From Aigarchaeota archaeon (lineage in GTDB: Archaea > Thermoproteota > Nitrososphaeria_A > Caldarchaeales > Wolframiiraptoraceae): a stretch of 64,000 nt of DNA. Below are positions 10,311 through 20,103 of the stretch, one piece after another. The stretch covers positions 2,588 to 66,587 of the forward strand of contig JANXDW010000049.1 in the NCBI GenBank assembly GCA_025058515.1, given 5' to 3'. The position numbers and the translations under genes are program-made. The notes beneath the pieces are model-generated. The model saw nothing but the letters and a program-made list of their open reading frames with translations, was not told the origin of the DNA and did not search any database. Numbering within the stretch: position 1 is the first letter of the stretch; every line of letters begins with the position of its first letter.

Positions 10311-11614
10311 TTCTCTAGCTTCATAAGAGAGTTTTCAATAGAGTGGATCGTTTCTTCTACATCTCGATGCGTATGCGCTGTTGACATAAAGCAAGTCTCG
10401 AATTGGCTTGGAGGGATAAACACCCCACTCTTAAGTAGATTGTGAAAATATGTTTTGAATTTATTGATGTCAGAGGTTTTGACATCTTCGTAATTATAGA
10501 TCTCTCTAGAAGTGAAGAATATCTGGAACATTGATTCTAGATAAGTAATAGTTGCTTCAAGCTTTTTATCTTCTATGAATTCCAAGACTTCTTTACAGAT
10601 CTTCTCAACCTTGAGCTTCATCTCATTGTAAAGATGCCGATTACCTTCAATATATTTGAGGACTGCTAAAGCTGCTCTAGTAGATAGAGGATTACCACTA
10701 TATGTTCCCGCTTGATATACTTTACCTAAAGGTGAAAGATTCTTCATTATCTCTTCTCTTCCACCGAATGCTGAGATAGGTAGTCCTCCTCCTAATGCTT
10801 TCCCAAGAGTAGTTAAGTCTGCTCTTATGTTGTAGTATTCTTGAGCACCTCCTGGAGCAAGTCTAAAACCTGTTACAACTTCATCGAATATGAGGACAGC
10901 ATCAACATCATCTGTTAATTCTCGAAGAGACCTTAGAAATTCTATCTTAGGCTTAATCAACCCAACGTTTACAGCTACTGGCTCTACAATTATAGCTGCT
11001 AGGTCATCCTTATTCTCTTTAACAATCTTCTCAGTCAACTCTATATCATTATATCTCGATACTAGAGTATGTTTTGCTAAATCTTCTAAAACTCCTAGAC
11101 TTGAAGGTATGCCGAATGTCAAGGCTCCTGAGCCAGCTTTTACAAGTAATGTATCATGCGCTCCATGATAGCATCCTTCAAACTTCAATATCTTTCTCTT
11201 ACCTGAGTATCCTCTAGCCAATCTAATAGCATGCATCGTTGCTTCTAAACCAGTATTCGTCAACCTAACCATCTCAATAGATGGATAGAGCTTATGTATT
11301 CTCTCAGCTAATAATACTTCATCTTCTGTAGGTGCACCATAAAGTAATCCATCTTCTACAGCATCTCTTAAAGCACTTACTACCTCTCTTGGAGAATGAC
11401 CTAGGAGAAGTGCTCCATAACCCATTACGTAATCTATGTACTCATGGCCGTCTACATCGTAGATCTTAGATCCTTCAGCTCTTTTTACGAAGAATGGGTA
11501 TGGGTCGTAAGCTCGAACAGGACTATTAACTCCACCTGGTATCAGCTTCTTAGCTCTTTCATAAAGTTCACGGGATAACGCCATCTCTAAGCCACCTAGC
11601 ATAGTCTTTAGCAA
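10307..11614 (-). CDS. hemL: Glutamate-1-semialdehyde 2,1-aminomutase
   Basis: SRELYERAKKLIPGGVNSPVRA… matches a class III aminotransferase. The true start is probably the internal Met at about 11584 (MALSREL…), which reduces the overlap with hemB. Confidence 0.85.
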   Translation of the reverse strand: MLKTMLGGLEMALSRELYERAKKLIPGGVNSPVRAYDPYPFFVKRAEGSKIYDVDGHEYIDYVMGYGALLLGHSPREVVSALRDAVEDGLLYGAPTEDEVLLAERIHKLYPSIEMVRLTNTGLEATMHAIRLARGYSGKRKILKFEGCYHGAHDTLLVKAGSGALTFGIPSSLGVLEDLAKHTLVSRYNDIELTEKIVKENKDDLAAIIVEPVAVNVGLIKPKIEFLRSLRELTDDVDAVLIFDEVVTGFRLAPGGAQEYYNIRADLTTLGKALGGGLPISAFGGREEIMKNLSPLGKVYQAGTYSGNPLSTRAALAVLKYIEGNRHLYNEMKLKVEKICKEVLEFIEDKKLEATITYLESMFQIFFTSREIYNYEDVKTSDINKFKTYFHNLLKSGVFIPPSQFETCFMSTAHTHRDVEETIHSIENSLMKLEK

Positions 11615-12587
11615 AATATGTTATTATTATATCTGCTCCTGCTCTCTTGATACAGTTGAGCTGCTCCCAAACTGCTTGCTTCTCATCTATCAAACCTTTC
11701 TCAACCATAAGCTTAATCATAGTGTATTCTCCACTTACCGAGTAAGCTGCAACTGGGACATCGAAAGTATTCTTCACAATAGATATTACGTCAAGATACC
11801 ATGTAGCAGGCTTAACCATAATAATATCTGCTCCTTCAAATACATCTAGCTCAACCTCTCTAATAGCTTCTCTAACATTTCTAGGGTCAATCTGGTAGCT
11901 TCTCCTATCTCCAAAAGCTGGAGTAGAAGATGTAGCGTTCCTGAAGGGACCATAGAGAGATGAAGCATACTTTGCTGAGTAAGCCATGATGGCTACATCG
12001 GTATATCCTGCACTATCTAAAGCACTTCTTATTGCACTCACTCTCCCATCCATCATATCTGATGGTGCGACTATATCTGCTCCAGCCTCAGCATGGCTTA
12101 AAGCAACTTTAGTTAAAACTTCTACAGTAGAATCATTATCAACTACAGTTACATTATTCTTAGTTGAGATTATTCCACAGTGACCATGGCTAGTGTATTG
12201 GCATAAGCAGACATCTGTGATAAGGACGACATCTTCACCAAAATTCTTTTTAACCTCTCTAACAGCTCTCTGAACGATTCCATCTCTATCGTAAGCAGAT
12301 GAGCCTATACTATCCTTCCTAGAAGGTATCCCGAAGAGTAAGATCGTTCTTATATTAAGGTTTAGTAACTCACCTACTTCTTTCAATAATTCTTCAATAG
12401 ATAATCTTTCTTGATTAGGCATGCCATTTACAGGTTCACGACCAGATAATCTTTCTTTTACGAATAGAGGCATAACAAGAGAATCTGGAGAGATTCTTTC
12501 TTCTGCAACTAAATCTCTAATAATCTTATTCTTTCTAAGTCGTCTCAATCTTATAGGTGGAAAACCATACCTATTTAACTGGACCAT
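11568..12587 (-). CDS. hemB: Porphobilinogen synthase (delta-aminolevulinic acid dehydratase)
   Basis: ALAD family, 339 aa, with the active-site lysine region (…IMVKPA…) and a metal-binding Cys cluster (DVCLCQYTSHGHCG). Confidence 0.85.
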   Translation of the reverse strand: MVQLNRYGFPPIRLRRLRKNKIIRDLVAEERISPDSLVMPLFVKERLSGREPVNGMPNQERLSIEELLKEVGELLNLNIRTILLFGIPSRKDSIGSSAYDRDGIVQRAVREVKKNFGEDVVLITDVCLCQYTSHGHCGIISTKNNVTVVDNDSTVEVLTKVALSHAEAGADIVAPSDMMDGRVSAIRSALDSAGYTDVAIMAYSAKYASSLYGPFRNATSSTPAFGDRRSYQIDPRNVREAIREVELDVFEGADIIMVKPATWYLDVISIVKNTFDVPVAAYSVSGEYTMIKLMVEKGLIDEKQAVWEQLNCIKRAGADIIITYFAKDYARWLRDGVIP

Positions 12588-12630
12588 TCAGCTGAGAATT
12601 TAGAAATCACTCTTTTTAAAGTTTTTCAAA

Positions 12631-12646
12631 ACTCTCTAAAGAGAGT
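12631..12646. promoter_or_regulatory. Perfect palindrome ACTCTCTaaAGAGAGT in the hemB/hemA divergent intergenic region (candidate operator)
   Basis: Read directly from the sequence: 7-nt arms with a 2-nt centre, lying between divergent promoters. Confidence 0.3.
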
Positions 12647-12779
12647 ATTTAAAGCCTTATTCAGATATCATCTGAGAACAAAGTGGAAAATTCAAGATCA
12701 ACCAAAATCATTAGGTATGTCCACAGCTCGTAAAGGCTTTTAATAAACCCTAGTCTATCTATAATGTAGATGGATCAAG

Positions 12780-14057
12780 ATGTCTCTAGAAAGTATTCAT
12801 GCACTACTCTTAAATCATAAATACCTTCCAATATCTAGGATTGAGAAAGCATTCTTTAAAGACCTAGACTTTGCTCTTAGGAGTTTTAAAAAGATAGATG
12901 GTGTTGACGGCGTATCCATAATCCAGACATGCAATAGAGTTGAAGTATACTGTGATCTAAATAGGGAATCTACTATCGATGATGTATTAAAGATGTGGAG
13001 TAGATTGACAAATGATCTTGATATAGAAAGAGATACTGTAAGAATAAGTGGTTTAGAAGCCTTTAAACATCTAACTAGGCTTGCATCTGGTTTAGAATCA
13101 ATGGTTATCGGTGAACAAGAGATACTCCGCCAGCTAAAAGATGCATATTATAAAGCATTATCAGCTAATGCTCTCTCTCAACTTCTTAAATTCATGATAG
13201 AAGAGTCTATTAGAATAGGGAAGAAGATAAGATCTGAAACTGATATTAGTAGGAAGAAGGTATCATTAGCTCATGTCGCAGTTAGAAGTGTAGAGAAGAT
13301 CTTGGAGAACTTGAATGATAAAGTAATCTTGATAGTAGGAGCGGGAGAGACGGGAGAGTTAGTAAACTCAGCCTTAATGGAGAAACAATATCGGAGGCTC
13401 ACTCTACTATTCGCTAATAGGACCTATGATAGAGCTACAAGACTCGCTGATATAAGTGGTGGTATAGCTCTACATCTAAACCAGATAGATAAGTATCTTC
13501 ATATAGCTGACGTAGTCTTCGTAACAACCAGTGCACCCCACTACATTATAACGAGGAAGAAGATAGAAGAAATTAAGGGGAGAGAGAAGCCTTTACTAAT
13601 AGTTGACCTCTCAGTTCCGAGAAACGTTGACCCAGAAGTATCTAAGCTACCCAACATAAAACTTCTAAGCTTAGATGAACTTAAAGAATACATCGATGAC
13701 TCAACATACTGTAAGATAAAGGAATTAGATAGGATCGAGACTTTGATAGAAGATAGTGTAAAAAGTTTTCTAGAACGTTTAGAAATTATGAAGATTAATG
13801 AGCTTGTCTCTGAGATCTATCGATATGCAGAGAAAGTAAGAATAGAAGAATTGGATGAAGCATTCTCGATGATTGAGGATGATAAACTAGATGAAAAAAC
13901 TAGGAAAACTCTAGATAACATGTCTAAGGCGATAGTTAAGAGGATCTTAAACCCATTAATTGAGAATCTTAAAAGAAATTATAAGTGTATTGACCGGGAA
14001 GGGCTTAGAAAGATCTTGCAAGTCTATGTAGACGACCAGAACCAAGGTCAATCTTAA
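12780..14057 (+). CDS. hemA: Glutamyl-tRNA reductase
   Basis: IIQTCNRVEVY catalytic Cys motif and a GAGETGE NADPH-binding loop. It is divergent from hemB. Confidence 0.85.
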   Translation: MSLESIHALLLNHKYLPISRIEKAFFKDLDFALRSFKKIDGVDGVSIIQTCNRVEVYCDLNRESTIDDVLKMWSRLTNDLDIERDTVRISGLEAFKHLTRLASGLESMVIGEQEILRQLKDAYYKALSANALSQLLKFMIEESIRIGKKIRSETDISRKKVSLAHVAVRSVEKILENLNDKVILIVGAGETGELVNSALMEKQYRRLTLLFANRTYDRATRLADISGGIALHLNQIDKYLHIADVVFVTTSAPHYIITRKKIEEIKGREKPLLIVDLSVPRNVDPEVSKLPNIKLLSLDELKEYIDDSTYCKIKELDRIETLIEDSVKSFLERLEIMKINELVSEIYRYAEKVRIEELDEAFSMIEDDKLDEKTRKTLDNMSKAIVKRILNPLIENLKRNYKCIDREGLRKILQVYVDDQNQGQS

Positions 14058-14201
14058 AGAAAGATCAAGAAATTCTACAACATGATCTTATATGTGAGAA
14101 TCTGCTCTACGTCTAACTATAATTTATAGACGATACTCTGTACAAGGTAAGGTGAGAAGTTTATAGATAAGCTGATAGAGTTATCCACAGGGTATGAGAG
14201 A

Positions 14202-14642
14202 TTGGAGTTGGATGAGAAAGATAGAATGATACTGAGAGAGTTGTGGATAGATTCGAGTCAGAGTGTTAGAGAGATTGCTGAGAAATTAGGGATACCTAGG
14301 ACAACTGTACAAGAAAGAATTAAGAAGTTGGTAAGAGAAGGAGTAATAAAAAGATTCACTGTAAAGGTAGACTACTCTAAGCTCGGTAAATCTACAACAG
14401 CCTTTATACTAGTCTCATTTATGCCTGGTCCGCATGTCTCTCAAAAAGATTTAGCTAAAAGGATCTCTGATTTACCCGATGTTGAAGAGGTACATCTGAT
14501 TACTGGAGAGTGGGATATTATAGTTAAGGTTCGAGGATCATCTATACAGGAGATAGGAGATCTAGTAGTAGAAAACATAAGGATGATGGATGGAGTAGCG
14601 AGAACAGTAACATGCGCAGCATTTTACACAGCGAAAGAATAG
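14202..14642 (+). CDS. Lrp/AsnC-family transcriptional regulator
   Basis: N-terminal HTH (ILRELWIDSSQSVREIAEKLGIPRTTVQERIKKLVREGVI) plus a C-terminal RAM domain. Confidence 0.8.
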   Translation: MELDEKDRMILRELWIDSSQSVREIAEKLGIPRTTVQERIKKLVREGVIKRFTVKVDYSKLGKSTTAFILVSFMPGPHVSQKDLAKRISDLPDVEEVHLITGEWDIIVKVRGSSIQEIGDLVVENIRMMDGVARTVTCAAFYTAKE

Positions 14643-14717
14643 TTATTTAAACTTAAAGAAAGTATACTACATAGTATTCGTTGAAAAGCTTAAACTTGGT
14701 TTACTTATAATAGATGG

Positions 14718-15740
14718 TTGAAGAAGTTCCATGAAGTTAAAATACGTCTACTGCAGTCTCAAGATAGGTTGAAGAAGATGAGCGAGATTCATGGAGTACT
14801 CGTAGGAGCATACCCTAGAAGTGAACAATTGATAAAATCTTTTAGAGAATACTTGAAGGGTAGAGTTGAAAAGGATAAATTAAAGAAGAGAATTCTAGAT
14901 GAGACTGAGAAGGTAGTTGAGATACAGCTAGAAGCTGGATTAAGGTATGTTGTTGACGGTATGCTTGAGTGGCATGACCTTCTCAGACCTATCTCAGAAA
15001 ACCTTCACGGAGTTGAGGTAGACGGCTTAGCGAGATGGTTCGACAACAACACATTCTACAAAAAACCTATCATTAAAGATAGAATGAATAAAAAGAATAG
15101 TATACTCTCTGACTATATCTATCCCAACCTAATACCTGAAGGAAGATGGAAGCTGATCTTACCCGACCCATATACTTTCATCTCCCTTTCAGAGAACATG
15201 ACTAGATTCAAGATAGATGAATTATTATTCAATTACGCTGAAATTCTAAATGAAGAGTTGCTAGAAATACAGATGAAGTATAAAGTCGGTCAAGTTCAGC
15301 TTACTGCGCCATCACTGGTCTGGCGTAAACTAGACAATGACATGCTAGGAATTGTTGGAGATGCAATAGAAGAGATGTTAAAGGGTATCCACTCGGAGAA
15401 GATGTTACACTTCTATTTTGGAGACGGATTGAACGTTCTACCTACAGTATTAGATTATAATGTAGATGTTGTAGGATTCGACATAACATCTACTAACTTG
15501 AATATGCTAGCTGAATACGATATAGGTAAAGTAGCCTTAGGGATAATAGATGGAAGGAATAGTTTAATCGAAGACGTTGAGCTCATAGTTAAAAAGGTTG
15601 TTAAGTACATTGATAAAAGAGAGCCTGAAGTATTATACATAACCCCTAGCTGTGACTTAGACTTTCTCCCTCCAGATATAGCTTACAAGAAAGTAAAACT
15701 TATACATAAAATAGTAGAGAGGCTGGGTGAAGAAGGTTGA
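14718..15740 (+). CDS. Cobalamin-independent methionine synthase N-terminal-domain-like protein (non-catalytic half of a split MetE)
   Basis: (βα)8 MetE-like sequence lacking the His-x-Cys zinc ligands. It is translationally coupled (4-nt overlap) to the catalytic-domain ORF. Confidence 0.5.
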   Translation: MKKFHEVKIRLLQSQDRLKKMSEIHGVLVGAYPRSEQLIKSFREYLKGRVEKDKLKKRILDETEKVVEIQLEAGLRYVVDGMLEWHDLLRPISENLHGVEVDGLARWFDNNTFYKKPIIKDRMNKKNSILSDYIYPNLIPEGRWKLILPDPYTFISLSENMTRFKIDELLFNYAEILNEELLEIQMKYKVGQVQLTAPSLVWRKLDNDMLGIVGDAIEEMLKGIHSEKMLHFYFGDGLNVLPTVLDYNVDVVGFDITSTNLNMLAEYDIGKVALGIIDGRNSLIEDVELIVKKVVKYIDKREPEVLYITPSCDLDFLPPDIAYKKVKLIHKIVERLGEEG

Positions 15741-16861
15741 AGCTCTTCCCAACTCAAGAAGTTGGAAGTCTTTCAAGAGCACCATTCTTGAAGAAGATCA
15801 CGGAGAAGAGTATTGAAGAGACGAAGAAGTGGGGGGAGCTTCTAAGAGTAGAAGAGCTTGATAAACTCCTCTCTATATTGAATAAGAAAAGGATAAATGA
15901 AGATGACATGATAATACTATATGATTATGCATCTTTATTCGCTATAAGATTCTTCGAGTCTGCTGGTCTTGACGTTATATGGGATGGTGAGCAGAAGAGA
16001 GTAGAAATGTATGAGCATCCTTTAAGATATGTAGAAGGATTTACTTTTCTAGGAACAGTTAAAGTATGGGATGCCGAATTCTATAGAAAAGGAGCTTTCA
16101 TAAACTCTCCAAAACTCGTTAAACCATATCACTTAGACGAGTTCCTCTACGTAAAGTCTAAAGCTAGAAGAGAGATAAAGATCCCATTAACAGGACCATA
16201 TACTCTAGCAGACTGGTCTTTTGATGAATATTACATAAAGAAATACTTGAGCATGGACGATATTCTAGAAGCAAGATTAAAAGCGAAAGAAGAGATGACT
16301 ATAGATATAGCTAAGAATATAATTAGACCGAATATTATAAGTTTAGTTGAAGCTGGAGCATACAGGATACAGATAGATGAGCCTGCTGTAACTAGTAAAC
16401 CATGGGAAGTCCCAGTCATGGTTGAAGCATTAAATGAGTCTATTAAAGGAGTAAATGTAAAAGTAACGTTACATGTCTGCTACAGCGATTACACAAAGCT
16501 CTTTCCACATATAGCTGAAGCAAAGATACATCAAATATCTATTGAATGTGCAAATAGAGATACAAGAGAGATGGGGATAAACGATGAGAAGAGGATAGGA
16601 TACGGTATAATAGAATATTTTAGAGAGTATACGCCATGGCTTGAAGTAGCTCCAGGTGTAATAGATGTTCATACAGATTTCATTGAACCACCTGAACTTG
16701 TAAGAGATAGATTGGTTTACTCAGCCAAGAAACATGGAGATGAATCAAAGATAATTACGTGCAATGATTGTGGTCTAAGAACTAGGAGCTGGCCAATAGC
16801 ATATCAAAAAGAAAAGAACATGGTTGAAGGAGCTAATTTAGCTAGGAAGTTGTTTTCTTAG
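15737..16861 (+). CDS. metE: Cobalamin-independent methionine synthase catalytic (C-terminal) domain protein
   Basis: IQIDEPA motif; the Zn ligands are present: LHVCYSDY (His-x-Cys), a downstream Glu, and a C-terminal CNDCG Cys. Confidence 0.65.
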   Translation: MKLFPTQEVGSLSRAPFLKKITEKSIEETKKWGELLRVEELDKLLSILNKKRINEDDMIILYDYASLFAIRFFESAGLDVIWDGEQKRVEMYEHPLRYVEGFTFLGTVKVWDAEFYRKGAFINSPKLVKPYHLDEFLYVKSKARREIKIPLTGPYTLADWSFDEYYIKKYLSMDDILEARLKAKEEMTIDIAKNIIRPNIISLVEAGAYRIQIDEPAVTSKPWEVPVMVEALNESIKGVNVKVTLHVCYSDYTKLFPHIAEAKIHQISIECANRDTREMGINDEKRIGYGIIEYFREYTPWLEVAPGVIDVHTDFIEPPELVRDRLVYSAKKHGDESKIITCNDCGLRTRSWPIAYQKEKNMVEGANLARKLFS

Positions 16862-17297
16862 ATACTCCTACAGCCGTACCTATTCTACCAGTAGTTCTAG
16901 TTCTCTGACCTCTAACTTTTAATCCTAGAGAATGCCTAATCCCACGCCAAGACTTAATCATCATCTCCCTTCTAATGTCTTCTCTTATAGTAAAGACTAG
17001 GTCTGAACCATATATTTGAAGATCTTTTCCAGAAGATGGATCTCTTCTCCTATTCAACATCCATGAAGGTATACCGTGTTTTAAAGGATCTTTTGCTACT
17101 TCTTCTAATCTCTGGAGTTCCTGGTCTGTTAAAAAGCTCAACCTCTTCTCTACATCTACACCTGCTACTCTAGCTATAGCGTATCCTAACATTACACCTA
17201 TTCCTCTAACTCTAGCGAGAGCATAAGGTACTTTGAGAGATCCATCTAAGTCTGTTCCGAGAAACCTCACAATATGCTTATAACCTCTAGACGACAT
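16842..17297 (-). CDS. rps13: 30S ribosomal protein S13 (uS13)
   Basis: MSSRGYKHIVRFLGTDLDGSLKVPYALARVRGIG… is a canonical uS13 N-terminus. Confidence 0.8.
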   Translation of the reverse strand: MSSRGYKHIVRFLGTDLDGSLKVPYALARVRGIGVMLGYAIARVAGVDVEKRLSFLTDQELQRLEEVAKDPLKHGIPSWMLNRRRDPSSGKDLQIYGSDLVFTIREDIRREMMIKSWRGIRHSLGLKVRGQRTRTTGRIGTAVGVSKKTTS

Positions 17298-17528
17298 TCA
17301 CTTCAAGATTAAAGAAGCCATCATATAAATATTCAATTAAATATTTTACCTAAATCTCTAAAGTATTCATCTCCATAACTCAGCAGATTATGAAACTACT
17401 CATAACACTCACCCACAACCGTTTAAACAATCTCGATAGATCCTTTGTAAACTAATTTTAAATTCTTTATTAAGATAGAATCGAGAAATTCCTTATATAC
17501 TACAGGTTACAATTATTTTTACGAGAAC

Positions 17529-17879
17529 ATGCCCATACAAGGTATTGAGTGGATTATAGTAGCGGTGATAGTACTTGTCCTCTTCTTATGGGGGCCAGAG
17601 AAACTACCGAAACTTGCTAAATCTATAGGTCAGGCTAAGAAGGAGTTTGAGAAAGCATCGAAAGGAGTAGAAGAAGAAGTAAAACAGTTTGAGAGAGATT
17701 TAAAATCTCCTACACCTTCTACACCTTCTACAACATATATGCCTCCTCCTAGCCCTCCTTCTGATGATAAACTACTAGAAATAGCTAGATCATTAGGGAT
17801 ACAGACTGAGGGTAAAACGAGAGACCAGATAGCTCAAGAAATAATTGAGAAGACGAAGAAGAAAGAGGTTGCATCCTAG
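17529..17879 (+). CDS. tatA: Twin-arginine translocase TatA/E-family protein
   Basis: N-terminal TM plus amphipathic helix: MPIQGIEWIIVAVIVLVLFLWGPEKLPKLAKSIGQAKKEF. Confidence 0.7.
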   Translation: MPIQGIEWIIVAVIVLVLFLWGPEKLPKLAKSIGQAKKEFEKASKGVEEEVKQFERDLKSPTPSTPSTTYMPPPSPPSDDKLLEIARSLGIQTEGKTRDQIAQEIIEKTKKKEVAS

Positions 17880-17894
17880 AGAAAGTGGTTTAGA

Positions 17895-18140
17895 ATGCCC
17901 ATACAAGGTATTGAGTGGATTATAGTAGGAGTTGTAATCATAATAATACTGTTGAGACCTAAGGTTATAGTTGACTTTGCACGTGGAATAGGAAAGATGG
18001 TTAGAGAGTTCAGGTCTGGAGCAAAAGGAGATGAGAGAATGCGGTTAGAGAAGATAGCTGAAGAACTAGGAATAAATCCAGATGGCAAAAGCGATGAAGA
18101 ATTACTAGAAGAAATAAAGAGGAAGCTTTCCGTAACATGA
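17895..18140 (+). CDS. tatA: TatA/E-family protein, tandem paralog
   Basis: MPIQGIEWIIVGVVIIIILLRPKVIVDFARGIGKMVREF. The first 34 nt are identical to the upstream tatA. Confidence 0.65.
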   Translation: MPIQGIEWIIVGVVIIIILLRPKVIVDFARGIGKMVREFRSGAKGDERMRLEKIAEELGINPDGKSDEELLEEIKRKLSVT

Positions 18141-18267
18141 GAATATAAGTTAAGAATGAATCTAATCAAATCAAGTTTATTCTAAAAATACACAAATACT
18201 AATAAGTTATTTGCATCTAGATAGAATAGATTAAGAGGAGGCTCTACTAAAATCTAGGTGAGAAGAC

Positions 18268-19170
18268 TTGAAGAAACATATTGATATGAAGGAGATGACG
18301 CTTTTAGAACATCTTAGAGAACTTAAAGATAGAGTTAAAGTAAGTCTCATCGCTGTTATGATCTCGACTCTTGCAATGATGGTCTTTCCAGCTGAACTTA
18401 ACCTTAGCTGGGAATTCATCTATGCTTATAGACCTCTAGTATCAGTTCTCCTAGAGTTGATCAAAGAACAAGTCATCCCTGAAGGTATGGTATTAATAGG
18501 TTTAACCATAACCAGCCCTCTTGAACTCTATTTTATCGCATCTCTAGCTTTTGGTTTAATATTTAGTTCTCCAGTTATAGGCTACGAGATATACAAGTAT
18601 GTTGACCCCGCTCTATACCCACATGAGAGAAGGATGATATACCCATTCCTAGCCGCATTCATTGGACTATTTACAGCGGGAGCATTATTCGGGTACATAA
18701 TATTAGCTCCCTTCACTTTTAGAGCGATGAAGATTTTCTTCGATATAGTTGGAGCATCACCATATGTACACATCATGGACTTCTATAGTACCTTCTTCAT
18801 AGTAGTAATAGCAACTGGAATTGTCTTCACATCTCCCGCAATACTTGTACTACTCGTGAGGATAGGCTTACTAAGTACTAACACTATTGCTAGAAATAGA
18901 AAATGGATATATGGGATAGCCTACATAGTCGCTGCAATAATAACTCCTGATGGAGGATTATTTACAAATGTTATATTACTTGCAGTATTCATAGGTTTGA
19001 TTGAAGGAGCTATACTGATTGCGAAGAGGTATGAGAAGGAAAGAGAGAGAAGGTCTCAAAGTGAGATAGTAGAAGAAGATAAGACAAGTGGAGGAGATAG
19101 ATGTAAATTCTGTGGTAGTCTTCTTAAAGGTAGAATATTCTGCTCAGAATGTGGTAGATCCCAAGTCTAA
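18268..19170 (+). CDS. tatC: Twin-arginine translocase TatC with a C-terminal zinc-ribbon extension
   Basis: Six-TM TatC-like core. The C-terminal CKFCGSLLKGRIFCSECG forms a CxxC…CxxC ribbon. Confidence 0.7.
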   Translation: MKKHIDMKEMTLLEHLRELKDRVKVSLIAVMISTLAMMVFPAELNLSWEFIYAYRPLVSVLLELIKEQVIPEGMVLIGLTITSPLELYFIASLAFGLIFSSPVIGYEIYKYVDPALYPHERRMIYPFLAAFIGLFTAGALFGYIILAPFTFRAMKIFFDIVGASPYVHIMDFYSTFFIVVIATGIVFTSPAILVLLVRIGLLSTNTIARNRKWIYGIAYIVAAIITPDGGLFTNVILLAVFIGLIEGAILIAKRYEKERERRSQSEIVEEDKTSGGDRCKFCGSLLKGRIFCSECGRSQV

Positions 19171-19835
19171 GATAGTAGAAACATGTTTATGATATGGACC
19201 ATCGTGTTGTGGAGACCGTGAATGATTATAGCTGACAATAAGCTACCACCTTTAGCTATTATCCATCCAGCTGCCAAGCCTACGATAAGAGGTGAAATGA
19301 AGTTCCATGGATCTAGATGAGAGAATGAGAAGATTAAAGCCGATACTATTACACCAACTCTTATTCCTACAGCTTCTACCAAAGCTCTTAGAACGATCCA
19401 TCTAAAAAGTAGTTCTTCAACTGGAGCTACAATTAACCAAGTAAGTAAGAGAGCGATTATCAATTCATTAAAATTTGAAGGAGCTAATCGTCTAATCTCT
19501 TCAAGATACCAAGGTGGAGGAGGATAAACAATATCTTGAATAAATGTGAGACCACCGCTGAGAACCCATGCTCCAAGAGCCATAGATAAAGTATAGTAAA
19601 GTTGAAGATTCTTTATTTTCTGTAGCATAGATTCTAAAACCTCTCTTCTAATTATCATGTAAGCGATTGGGGGAGCGGCCAACAACGATCCAGTTACAAT
19701 AGTTGAGTAAGCATATCCTTTAACCTCGATTAAACTAGATAACAATAGGGATAGCATGGAGAATGACCATACAGCTAATGCCTCCGAGACTCTATTCTTC
19801 GGCAACCAGCTCTCTCGCCTTCTTAATCGTTCCAA
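19167..19835 (-). CDS. CPBP-family (CAAX/Abi) intramembrane metalloprotease
   Basis: EELLFRWIVL…FSFSHL motifs (EExxxR, FxxxH). The start is probably the internal Met near 19757, which avoids overlap with pop5. Confidence 0.7.
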   Translation of the reverse strand: MERLRRRESWLPKNRVSEALAVWSFSMLSLLLSSLIEVKGYAYSTIVTGSLLAAPPIAYMIIRREVLESMLQKIKNLQLYYTLSMALGAWVLSGGLTFIQDIVYPPPPWYLEEIRRLAPSNFNELIIALLLTWLIVAPVEELLFRWIVLRALVEAVGIRVGVIVSALIFSFSHLDPWNFISPLIVGLAAGWIIAKGGSLLSAIIIHGLHNTMVHIINMFLLS

Positions 19836-20103
19836 CTATCTTTATAACCCTTAATGTAATAGGTTTACCTTCTAGATCAGTAATAGATGAGATGGAAAGA
19901 ATCACTTCAGACACTGATTTATTTGAGCATTCTAAGATAAACTTGTTATTGATCTGTTTTATAATTCTTAAACCTGCTTTAACAAAACCGAGCTCTCCGA
20001 ATAATTCGAGATAAGCTCTCTCAACGATCTTCCTAAAAGAATCTAACGTGATATGATTGGAAGGCTCAACTATAATATACCTCTTCTTCTTTTTCCTAGT
20101 CAA
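19792..20103 (-). CDS. RNase P protein subunit Pop5 (Rpp14 family)
   Basis: KKKRYIIVE…LFGELGFVKAG…ILEC…VGTIKKA aligns with archaeal Pop5 along its whole length. Confidence 0.75.
   Translation of the reverse strand: MTRKKKKRYIIVEPSNHITLDSFRKIVERAYLELFGELGFVKAGLRIIKQINNKFILECSNKSVSEVILSISSITDLEGKPITLRVIKIVGTIKKARELVAEE

Noticed and set aside
6333-12603. Antisense ORFs within thiolase, HMGCS, hemL and hemB (6333..6548+, 7630..7938+, 7981..8205+, 10890..11168+, 11986..12183+, 12421..12603+)
   Set aside because: Each overlaps a strongly conserved enzyme gene on the other strand. They are Cys/Ser-rich nonsense sequences.
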